Assembly: GCF_006345805.1 (NCBI RefSeq)
Contig: NC_043001.1
Span: 44,020,001-44,084,000 of the forward strand
From: Octopus sinensis
Lineage: Eukaryota
Length of the DNA stretch: 64,000 nucleotides
Reading direction: 5' to 3'
The position numbers and the translations under genes are program-made. Below are positions 11,699-22,937 of this stretch, piece by piece (position 1 is the stretch's first letter; every line of letters starts with the position of its first letter). The notes under the pieces were generated by a model, which saw only the letters and a list, made by a program, of their open reading frames with translations, was not told the origin of the DNA and did not search any database.

Positions 11699-13012
11699 GT
11701 CAGTATCTAAAGTTTTTCTTTACCGTCTCGAGTTATACTAACTCATAAGGGCTGGTTTTCCAGTTTCCATAGCAACTAAATTCCCCACTGGTCCATCACA
11801 GGATTACTCACTTTTGCTAGCTGAGTGGACAGGGGCAATGTGAAAAAAAGTGTTTTTGCTCAAGAGCACAATGTGTCACCCAGTCCAGGAATTGAAACCA
11901 CAATCTTACAATCATGAGTCTAATACACTATCCACTAAGCCATGTGCCTTCATATATCTAAAGATTATCTAATGCTGTACCATGTTTACATTTGCATCTT
12001 TATTATAATTTCTTCCCGAAACTGACACTAGCTATAATCAGTTTTAAAATAAAAGTCATTAACTCAAATGCAATCTCCATGATTCCTTGGCAAGGTAATG
12101 CCCTAGGCCAGCCCTACAATGTGTGTTCCCTTCTCCCAACCCTTACAACGAGAATTTCCTTCATTAATTTTTTTCTACAACATCCTCTAGTCATCAGCCT
12201 TAAGGGGAAAAGACAATTGAAAAATTATAGTTGACTTACAAATAAGAAATCTAATGGTTTTATGATCTCTGTAGTTTCTTAACCACACAACTATGTCTTT
12301 GACCTTGTTGCCACAAGAAATGCCATGAACAGAAATTAAAGAAACGCTAAAATAATAAAGTTATATCCATATATTTTGCTTTTGTAGTTGGTTTGCAAGA
12401 TTCCTGATGTGAACTTGTGTTTTGAAGCAGATTTTGTATCTCAGAAGGTTCAATATGCAAATAATAAACACAGACACTGGTTCCATTTCACTTCTTTTAT
12501 TATTATTAGTCAATTGATTAACCATTTAACTAATTAACTAATCAATTGTTTGGTTAAGCATTCAGTCAATCAATCAGGTAGAATTAGAGTCCTTTCAATT
12601 GCCATTTGTAACCTCATTAATGACAAGCAAATCTATAGTAGAGAGGGTACATCATTGATGAAATCCCAACTGACAATGAAAGGAGTCTGACAGACCTGGC
12701 TAACTGATCAGCAATTAATTAGCTCTTGGTTATATGGCTAACTAATTGACTAATAATAAAAGAAATGAACTAGAACCAGTGCATGTATTTATTATTGGCA
12801 CAATGATCCTCCCAAGGTACAACAAAATATATCCAAATATCCGTTTTAACTCTTTATTCTAATTTTTTATCATGATTTGTTCAGATAATAACTCCCCTCT
12901 CTACAAAAATCTTTTTCATTACTACATTTTCATTACATTTCTACTAATAAATCTCTCTATATCTCATTTGCTGAATGTCTGTAAATTCTGGAACAATATT
13001 TTTCTATTTCAG

Positions 13013-13174
13013 AACTTTTACATGTTCTTCCTTTACTATTGCACTCACAAGGACGTTTTGGCATTACTGGCTTCTCATTATGAAGACACAGTCGAAGCCA
13101 CTTTGGAAGAGATCAAAAAGAAGAAAGCACAGAGAGGAGGTCGAAGCTCAGATACAGAAGAAGGTTCTGATTAA
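13013..13174 (+). CDS. Adhesion-type GPCR terminal coding exon (end of TM7, helix 8, short tail, TAA)
   Basis: Acceptor tttttctatttcag, phase 0; NFYMFFLYYCTHKDVLALLASHYEDTVEATLEEIKKKKAQRGGRSSDTEEGSD*; AATAAA hexamers follow at about 13950-13995. The six exons total 669 nt = 222 aa plus stop. Confidence 0.88.
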   Translation, partial: NFYMFFLYYCTHKDVLALLASHYEDTVEATLEEIKKKKAQRGGRSSDTEEGSD

Positions 13175-15146
13175 ATGACAGTAAATCTCATAGATTTGTA
13201 CTTTATTAGCCAAAGAGGAGAGTAAGAACAAAAATAATGGAAACTAATGTGATGTGTCATATTACCATACTGAGTTATAACAACTATTTCCCCAAGAATC
13301 TAAAAGAAATGAGGGAAAGAAAAAGAATAAACCAAACTATTTTTGATTCCAACAATATTAAATGCAGCATTTAAAGTCTGTTTTAAATGCATTTTATTGT
13401 CTTGTATCTGAATGAGAGTGGCCTAGAAATTAATTTTTAAAAAAAGTGTTAAATGTAACTAATCACACTCTGGAAAGAAATTTTAATGTTTGATTAGTAT
13501 TATCAGAATGAAAAAAGAAAAAAAAAATTAAATGTTTCAATAAATTTTTGTCCCACCTACTCCCACCTCCACTCTCTCACTAATCATCTAATTTTCAAAT
13601 TATGACTTTCGGCAGCTTAAAGGCAAGAAATTGTCATTCAAAACTCATTTCATGTAACATACACATATAAACACTTTAAGTGCAGCTCCACTTAAAAATA
13701 TTTATATGTGCTGGTGCAGTTGTATTCATAAATACATACATGGAGTATAGCAGCATATGTTTTAAGGAATAGTTTTTGCTGATCTAATCATCTGAAAGAA
13801 CAAACATCTTTATCCGAAACAGGCGGGAACATATTTTTTGTAAAGAATGTTGTCAAATTACAAAGTAAAGTATTTGTAAAAAGATTGAGCCAGATAGAAT
13901 GAGGATCCTAAAAAGACACTTCTAAATGTCTGTTTGTTAAATAAGCTTCTAATAAAACTGGAGCAGATAAAAATAAAAATAAAAATAAAAATAAAATCAC
14001 TTCAACATTGTAATCAGTTGTTGTCTAATTGTTTTGATATAAGCTTTGAGAGCCAAATATTGGTAAACCATCAATGAATTATTCTTTCAGTATTTTTGTG
14101 ATACACAGATATGATAAAAAGGAAAAACCTTGATTCTACAATTAAAACAATGTTAATGTTCATATAATTTTGATTTATTTTACCCTTTTCAATGTATCTA
14201 GCCTATAAAAGCACTTGTATTTCCCAAACAATGAACATCCAGGAAACAGAGTGAAACCTGGCTTAGTGCAGACCTCTGTTATCCAGTTTTTATTCAACAT
14301 TAACATTTTCTGAGAATATCTAAGTTGAAGCTTAATTTAGTTTCAATAAGTGGACAAGCATTCTACATCAAATAAGCCCAATCGCATGAATATATTAACC
14401 ATAATGCAGTGAATTGGCCGAATCATTAGTGCTACTTTGCTGTATTGATACTGGCTTTGTGCTTTCTGAGTTCCAATCTCACTTAGGTCAACTTGAGATG
14501 AGACATATAGTATCAGCCTTCTTACTTCTCTCTCTCTCTCTCTGGAAGAAATTGGCTGTCGTTAGAACTGAAGAAGAATGAGCTCTTCCAAGTTTAAACT
14601 ATCCAAGACAATTTCTACTATGATGGGTAGAATTCCATCAGGAGTTAGGAGCTCAAGAAAAGAAGGAAGAATATTAATTTTGTGATAATAATGGTTTCAA
14701 ATTTTGGTACAGAGCCAGAAGTTTTCAAAGGGAGAGGGATACATTGACTTGACAGGTACTTATTTTATTGATCTTGGAAGAATGAAAGGCAAAGTCAACC
14801 TCAGCTGAATTTGAGCTCAGAATGTAGAGACAGATGAAATGTTACTAAGTATTTCGCTTGACATGCTAACAATTCTGCCAGTTTTCCACCTTTAATCCTG
14901 TAATAATGGTTCAAACTGTGACACAAGGTCAGTAATTGTTTAGAGGAGGGGTAGATTGCTTACATCAACCCCAGGGTTCAACTGATACTTATTTTATTTA
15001 CACCAAAAGGATTAAAGGCAAAGCTGACCTTGGCAAAATTTGAACTCAGAATGCACGACTGATGAAATGGTGCTAAGCATTTTGTTTGGCATGTTAATGA
15101 TTGTGCCTACTGGCCACCTTTTAACCTTGTAATAATCCTTTGTACT

Positions 15147-15491
15147 ATAGGCGCGTGGCTCAGTCGTTAGAGCGTCGAGCTTACGATCATAAGGTTGTGA
15201 GCTCGAATCCCGGACCAGGCTACGTGTTGTGTTCTTGAGCAAGACACTGTATTTCACATTGCTCCAGTTCACTCAGCTGTAGAAATGAATTGCAACGTCA
15301 CAGGTGCCAAGCTGTATTGGCCATTGCCTTTCCCTTAGATAACACTGGTGGTGTGGATAGGAGAGGCCGGTATGCATGGGCGACTGCTGGTCTTCCATAA
15401 ACAACCTTGCCCAGACTTATGCCTGGGAGGGTAACTTTCTAGGTGCAATCCCATGGTCTGTGTTGTGACCAAAGGGGGTCTCAGAATAGGC
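15147..15491 (+). mobile_element. tRNA-derived SINE family A, full length, with TSD, nested in another SINE
   Basis: A box TGGCTCAGTCG at 15156, B box GCTCGAATCC at 15201, central ttcttgagcaagacact domain, 6-bp TSD ataggc at 15147 and 15486; decayed minus-strand copy at about 11710-11950 and a head at about 6800-6865. Confidence 0.8.
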
Positions 15492-16428
15492 ACATGGCCT
15501 GAAATTTGCGGGGGAGAATATAAGTCAAATCAACCCCAATGCATAACTGGTACTTATTTCATTGACTCTGAAAGGATGAAAGGCAAAGTCAACCTCAGTG
15601 GAATGTGAACTCAGAACATAAGGATGGACAAAATGCTGCTAAATATTTTGCTTGGCATGTTAACAATTCTGCTAGCTCACTGCCTGTTTTCATATTGTTA
15701 TAATAATGACTCATTTTGATGCATTTAAAATGATTTCAGTTTACCACAACTTATGTTGGTTCCATCACAACTTTTATTCGGGTGTTGTGTTCCCAGAACT
15801 ACATTATAGAATGTATATCTGTTCTTCAAATGGCAGAGTGTTCAGTATAAGAGAACTTTAGGCTGGTAGAAATAAAAACTCAAGCAATCATATGAAATCT
15901 CTTTTGTTGGCTTGTGTGGTATTTTATTACTTTTAGAAGGAAGGATTGCAAAGGATTTGAAAATATTATAAGACACCTAACCTATGGCTTTTAACAAGCT
16001 GTACTATTTTTGGTGTCACTCTGTTAGGAATCATGTAGTGGAATAATAAATAAATAGATAAAGAATTCCCATAATAAATAAATGCTTTCCATCTTTCTGC
16101 TACAGATTTGATAATTTTTCAGCATTTTGTTCTATCAATTTATTTATTTCTTCATTATTGTTGTTGTTTTAACATCCACTTTTCCATGCTCACATGAATC
16201 AGATGGAGCTTATCAAAGCAGATTTTCTATGGCTAGTGTTGCTGTCAGTCACAAACCTTCACCTGTTTCTGAACAAAGATTTATTTCTCCAGGGCCAGAA
16301 ATTGTTTTCGCAAAAATAATGGAAATGAATGACATTCATTTACAACAATCACACAATGACAAGACAAGACACACACACACACAATGGGCTTCTTTCACTC
16401 TCAAGGTTTTGGTCAATCTGGAGATATG

Positions 16429-16810
16429 TATTAGGACTGAATCCAAAAACATTAATAATGTGATTTTTTTAATACTTCTTTTATTTTTCAAAATTAAGAT
16501 AAATCTAAAATATACTCTCCTTCATCTTCCACAATGCTCTTCTATCCATTTGGTAGACTTGCAAGGTCCCTCTTCCAAAATTCACTTGTCCATGACGAAA
16601 AATACTCCTTCAGTACTGTTCTGGCCTCGTCTATAGAATTCATATTTTTTCTGTCCAAATGATTTTGAAGACTGCGGAATAAATGATAATCAGATGGAGC
16701 AATGTCTGGCAAATATGGTGGCTGGGGCATTGTTTCCCATGAAACTGTTCCAGCCTTTGGAATGTCATCCTTGTTGTATATAGCCGAGCATTATCTCGAT
16801 GGAAGAACAT
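16429..16810 (-). mobile_element. Mariner transposase 3' fragment with one terminal inverted repeat
   Basis: HRDNAR and PPYLPDIAPSDYHLFRSLQNHL (D,D34D catalytic region); TIR-like tattaggactgaatccaaaa at 16429. Confidence 0.8.
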
Positions 16811-19800
16811 TTTAACTTTTAACAAGGGTGGAAGGTTTGAGAGCCAGATCTCATCAAGTCTGTTACATGGATCCCAAGCAAGAGCTTTGCAGATGTGAAA
16901 GTCTTTTTGGGAGTCTACTATGTATGATCCAAGATATTTGAAGTCGTCAACGTTTTTGATTGATATATTATTGAGCGATTTAAGTTCAGTTAACTTGGAG
17001 GAGGTTGTGATAAACTCTGTCTTATTCTCATTGCAGTAAAGGCCGACCTGGTTTGCTGCTTTCTCCAGTGCTTGTAACAAAGATTCTGCATCTTTAATAC
17101 AATGGGATATCAAGGCAAGATCGTCAGCAAAGTCAAGATCAGTTACATATTGTGCGCAATGTTGACTGCTCTGGCGAGGTTTCAAAAGGAGTTCCTTTTC
17201 CTCCATACCATCTAGAGAAATTTGTAGGGCATAGTTGAGAACAATGATGAACAAGAAAAGAGAGAGTGTGTCACTCTGCAGAACACCTGCTTCAGCTTCA
17301 AAGAAATGAGCCTCTCTATCAGGAGATATAACTGTGGCAGTGGTGTTTGTGTACTGTGCTCTAATAGCACCAACAATTCTGGGAGGAATACCATAGAGTG
17401 CAAGGATTTTAAACATAAGATCTCTGCTGATGGAATCAAATGTTTTGCAAAAGTCAACAAAACAGATTGTGATGCTCTTGTTAAACTTTTTCATTTCTTC
17501 CAGAAGCAATGGATGGAGAGGATTTGAGCAGTTGTTGACTGGTCCCTTCTTAGTCCATTCTGATTCTTATGAAGAGGTGGATCAAGCATAGGTACAATCC
17601 TATTAAGCAGAAGTTTGTTATAAACTTTTTTCCTGCAATTGGGATCAGAGTAATGCCTCTATAATTAGCTGCACTTGTTAGATCACCTTTTTGGGGACAG
17701 GGACAATTCCACTCTTCAACCAAGCTGATGGAAGCAAATGATGTGCATATATGTCATTGCAGAAGACTAGTAAGGTTTCATGAAATATTGGACCTTTCCA
17801 CAGTAATGTTGGTATGTTATCGAGTCCTGGAGGTTTATTGCTAGCAAAACTACTGAGAGCTACTTTGACCTTATCCATTGTGAAAAGGTCCATGTTGGTG
17901 TCTAATTCATTAGATATTTGGTGTAGAGGAAGTGGAAGACCGCTAGTTTGTGGTGGTTCTCCAAGAAGTTTCTGAAAGTGGTCAGACCAGTTGGCCTTGC
18001 ATTCTCAGAGGAACCACCTTTAAGCCTGATGGAGGGCTTAAATTTTCTTCTAGTTAGTGTGTATATTAATTTTCATACTGCAGCATGTTGCTTTGCAGTA
18101 TGCAAGTTTGCAATTTTGTTAATCTCAGCTAGAATGTAATCTGTTTCTATGTTGGCATATGCCTTATTTAGTGTTCCTTGAGCTTTGGAAGCATCTCTGA
18201 AGTTATTTTTAGTAGGCCTCTGTTCATGCCTAAGTTTCAATCTTTCTAGATGCTTCCTTGCTTTTCTCACACAGCAATCTGCATGAATTGATCTGTGCTT
18301 TATTCTTTCCTTCTTCGGTAGTTTTGAAAGTAAAATTTCTTCTGTAGTTGTTACAAGGTTATTATATTGTGTTTCAATGTCATCAGTGTGCTCTGTGAGC
18401 ATTTCAAAATGGTTTTTAACATCTACTGCAAATGAGTGCACTAAGTCTTTATCTGATGATACCTTGGACCAGTCTACCTGTTTCATGGGGTCTGGGACAG
18501 GTAGTTTTGATGATCTAAGGCTGAGAACAGTGCATATGGAAACAACACTATGATCTGAGTCGAAAGATGCGAAGGAGCATTGTGCCTGTGCATTTTGGAC
18601 ACTTTTCTTCCACTTGTTTCTCACAAGCATGTAGCAATTTGTGAATAAGATCCAGATGGTGTTGGAATGTCCACAAACGCTCTGGGTGTTTCATGAACCT
18701 TGTGTTTGCAATCTGAAATTGGAACTCGTGAGCAAAATCAATCAATTTTATCCTGTTCTGGTTAGTATCCTTATTATATATGAATAGAGAATCATACCTC
18801 CATATTTGGCCATTAAAATCACCTTCTATAACAAGCAAGTTATGGGAAGGGACGCTTTCCGTTACTCCCTTCAGTTCGGAGTAGAAGCTGTTTGCACATT
18901 TCTCATCACTTGTGTTAGATGGGCAGTAACACGTAATGAATGTGGTTTGAGGGTTACTACTCAGCTCAGCAACAATTATGTGGAAAGATGTTTTCTCAAC
19001 AGAGAGCAAGTTACCTGAGGCGCTTGGAGACAAGAGCATACCAACATCACCTACAGTGGAGCTCTGGGAGTTTTAATAGCAGAGGTCGTAATAAGTTGGT
19101 ATCTATAAAGGTTGGTATACTTCAAATCTGTGTCAGGATGATGATGCCTATGTTCTTGGATGCTCAAGATATCAACTTTGCTTTTCTTTACACAATGTAG
19201 AAGTTCTTGTTTTCTGATTGTCTTTGATTAAGTTTGTGAGTTAAAAGTGCTGTAGACAACAAGTATTTTGCACTTCATAAATTTGTTTGTTGTTCCTGCA
19301 TCTTCATCTACCTCTTCACAGCTACCCTGCTCAAAAGAGTTTAGAGGTAGTTGGTCATACGTTTCATGGGAAACAAGGTGAGAATTTAGAACTGAACAAG
19401 TAGGGGCTTGAACACTGGTGCTGCAAGTGGATGTCATGGTAATTCTTTTGGTAGCTGATACAGATGTGAATCACCAGTCCTACACCTGGGTAGAGCACTA
19501 CAAATAAATGACTTGTTACATTTTGAGTTCAGCTCCTAGATTGATTCGTCAGACTCTCAAGCCAAAGACAAATGTAACTCTTTACCTGTGGGAGGCAGGA
19601 CTCTGTTATGGTCATTTGATCAAGAAGTCACCAAAGCATAAACATTCCAGGGTCAGCAAGGACAGGCTATCTTCCTTGGACCAGTTCATCTGGACCAAAA
19701 GAGGGGGAACAGAGGATTATCCCCTTGGGCTGATTTTAGATCTTAAAGAGACTTCTGGGTCTCATAAGAGAATGGGGAATTCCATACTTGCAGCAGATAG
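16810..19800 (-). mobile_element. Second RTE-clade LINE (endonuclease and RT), frameshifted, 3' end lost
   Basis: ORFs 18548-19039 (TCYCPS, EGDFNG), 18073-18630 (SDH) and 16640-17509 (FVDFCKTFDSI, GVLQSDTLS, FADDLAL, FKYLGS); 5' boundary approximate. Confidence 0.85.
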
Positions 19801-20239
19801 CATTTGAAAAGGATGAAAGGACTGTAAATTTCCTGGTGAGTGTTCCATGATTCAGGTTTCATGGAGTCTTTGAGAATCTTTGCTTGCTCAACTATACAAA
19901 ACTTTCAGAAACTGCAGAAAGTTGCAAATACTCTTTCAGATGTTTTTTCAGGAAAGCAAACAGGTTTCTTTGAACGTGGCAGAAAAAAAGTTATTTTCCT
20001 GTTGGGCTGTGGTCATTGAAAACAATGATTACATTCTTGATTAAAACTATTCAGGTAAGCATAGTTTATATTTGGTTTTATATTCTTCACAAATACCCTA
20101 ATATAGACACACACATGTATATGTTGCTGTTGTTGTTGTTGGCATCCTTTTTGTCTTGGGAGACAATGGAGTTGCGCATAAAATAATCTAGTCCAGCTTT
20201 TACATTTCATGTCCTAATACATCTCCTGCTGTGGCTGTG

Positions 20240-20550
20240 TAGTCCTATCCTGGACAAACACTCCCTCTGGAAGGTGCTGCAAATGTAGCGAAGACTTTGC
20301 CTGGCTGGTTGTAATGTCATAGTTTCTTGTTGACATCTTTTCTTGTCTTTCCATTTCTCCCTCTGTCACTCCTTTGTGTTCCCTCTTTTACGGTACGTCA
20401 CCAATCTCCACGGTTGCTGGCAACTATTTCCCAGTTGGTAATATTGATGCCACAGGCCTTCATGTCCTTTTTGCAAACATCCTTGTATCGTAAGAACGGT
20501 CTTCCCACAGATCTAGTGCCCCTAGCAAGCTCTCTGTACATGTACATTTT
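20240..20550 (-). mobile_element. RTE (BovB-like) ORF 3' remnant
   Basis: YRELARGTRSVGRPFLRYKDVCKKDMKACGINITNWEIVASNRGDW. Confidence 0.65.
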
Positions 20551-20845
20551 ACATGCCAGTTCCACATAAAATGCACTCATTCGATGATGATGATATATGA
20601 TGAGCATCTTTCAGTTTGTAGCTAATGATGCACTACCATGTAATGACATTACATCTCCAGCATTTCCTTGTTGGTGGGCAGGTCACTGTTTGCTAGACTC
20701 TTTTTTTCTACAACTCACGTCTTTGACTAAGCTGCATTCCTGGTTCAAGCACAGATGGAGTAGAGTGCATGGCATCTAGTATGTTGTCAGGCACTCACAG
20801 TATCCTGATAGTCATGTCGCAGTGGTTGCCTTTAAATACTACATT

Positions 20846-20890
<45 letters not shown>

Positions 20891-20967
20891 GGGAATATAA
20901 TTCCAAACTTACAGGGAAAAATTCAATTTAGCAATTCTAAATCAAATATGACAATATATAATATATG

Positions 20968-21198
20968 TATATAAATTAGAGAAAAACCTCTATTAAACAA
21001 TTCATTAGTGGAAGACGTTATTCACACCATATAGAAAAAATTAAATAGAAAACATTATTCAGTAGAGTACATAAACAATAAATAGACTCTACTGATTTTA
21101 GAATAATGTTTTCTATAGAATATTTAATTTTTTCTGTATGGATTGAATAACATCTTTTGTTATTGAATTAATAGAGGTTTTTCTCTAAATTTTATATA
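20968..21198. repeat. Imperfect inverted repeat of about 230 bp
   Basis: cagtagagt/actctactg around a 17-nt loop; outer arms agagaaaaacctctattaa and agaaaaaattaaata are mirrored with indels. Confidence 0.8.
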
Positions 21199-21599
21199 TA
21201 TATATATATATTGCACGAAAAGGCAATAAAATGAATATATCAAACAAAAATTACTGTTTGGTATTAAGTCTGAGTTAGATCCCTTTGTACCAAGATACAC
21301 TTCAATTAAAAAATTGAGTAGTAGAAATAAGTACCAGAAAATGTATTGGGGTTGATACACACAACTAAAAGCCTTGAAAGCAGTTTAGTCTAACTGCAGT
21401 CCAAAAAGGCTGGAGCCATTTCGAGTGTGGTAGGCATATAATGCTACCCAGTTTAACACCAACTGATCAATAATGATTTTAGAATGTTCAGGCTGTTGCA
21501 AGTATTGAGACCAGGCTTTCAGCAGGGGTTTATCATTTATAATTTGCTAGATTTCCATATGACTAAACCTGCAGGATAAAATCTCCTTTTCTCTGATAT

Positions 21600-22290
21600 T
21601 TGTGGTATCTGACTCAACTTAGACCTCACCACAAGCTACACATTCTATTTCTCTTTGGGACATAAATCTTTCATCTCCTACCTATTATCCATCCTAGCAA
21701 GTAAATTCACATTCTTTACTTGGAAAGCCAATATCTTCACACATGTAGATTTTACTAAATACATCTGCTTGCTCTACCAATCTCCAAAATCTTCGAACCA
21801 CCAACAACTTTTTATCAATATCTTTTCCTGCAACAAGGCTATTGATCTCACTTAAGTTCTCTCAAAAGACATTTTCTTCATTGATTTCAATATGCACAAC
21901 TATTTGTGGTTCTCACTCATCCCATATCGATGCTGCCACTGCAGAAACTGGATATTTCTCTAGCTTTCTACACCTATTCCATCTTTTACACAAATCCTTC
22001 ATTGATACACAGACACCTCCAAGTACCTCTGATCTCTCTTTTAACTCCAAACCTAACCTCTACCAAACCATTACTATCTCTGCAATAGTCAACTGAGGAC
22101 TACCTTACTGTAACTACCCACCACACTACATACTATGTAATGCTACAACATCCCAGACTCTATAGCACTTCAAGTTAGACACTAGTCCTACAACCCTTAA
22201 GAGAAAATTACCCACTCTTCCAAACTAGATAGTGTTTATACATTACAACTCTTGAACTCAACATCAGCAAAACCATGCTTGGACTATGGA
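21600..22290 (+). mobile_element. Ancient LINE endonuclease remnant (L2/CR1/Jockey-like)
   Basis: Frameshifted LYQSP, DFNMHNYLW and DLSFNSKPNLY motifs in endonuclease order. Confidence 0.4.
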
Positions 22291-22906
22291 TCTTCTAGCA
22301 AAATTGTCTGCCTCTTCTTTTTTTTTTTTGTGGCCTACTAATGAATCATACTATCACAGTATGTGCAGATAGTGCTTACAGGTGAACTCCTCTCTCTCTT
22401 TCTCATAGTTTTAGAACAAATAGACTTGTAATGAATCTTATACTAATCCCTTACTGCTATTCTGACAAGTACAGAAAAGGCAATGTTTAGCTGACAAGGT
22501 TAAATAAGACTGAAACATATTCCGAGTTGTTGCTGTCCTTGCAAAGATCAGATTATACTTATATAATTGAGCAAATATTTTCTTGTCTTCACCTGCTAAA
22601 TTTTATTACTTAAATTAGTGGGGGCACAATTCTAATATGTATGAAGTACTAATTTGACTGTCCTTTCCTCTTATCAACCTTTCTTTACATATTTCTGGAA
22701 GCTTCTTGAATGTTGACCAAATATCACCAAATTCTCAACACATAAATATATGAAACCTATAAAACTAGTTAAGCTCCTTAATTCAACAATTGTCTTTTAC
22801 ATTTTGAATTTCATGTGTGCACCCCATTATTTTATAGTAAGCAATAAAAATAAAATTAAAAAATAATTTTTTCCCTTTTCTTTTTTGTCTCTTCATTCAT
22901 GTAAAG

Positions 22907-22937
<31 letters not shown>

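Noticed and set aside
15151-15221. tRNA-like sequence with A and B boxes
   Set aside because: No acceptor stem can be formed, and it continues into a SINE body flanked by a TSD; it is a SINE head, not a tRNA gene
19952-20054. Plus-strand segment with a strong acceptor and a gtaagc donor
   Set aside because: Stops in all three frames and no partner exons; at most a noncoding exon
20849-20887. Long (TA)n, (CA)n, (TAA)n and (GAT)n tracts throughout the window
   Set aside because: Ordinary microsatellites and retroelement tails; not telomeric or otherwise unusual
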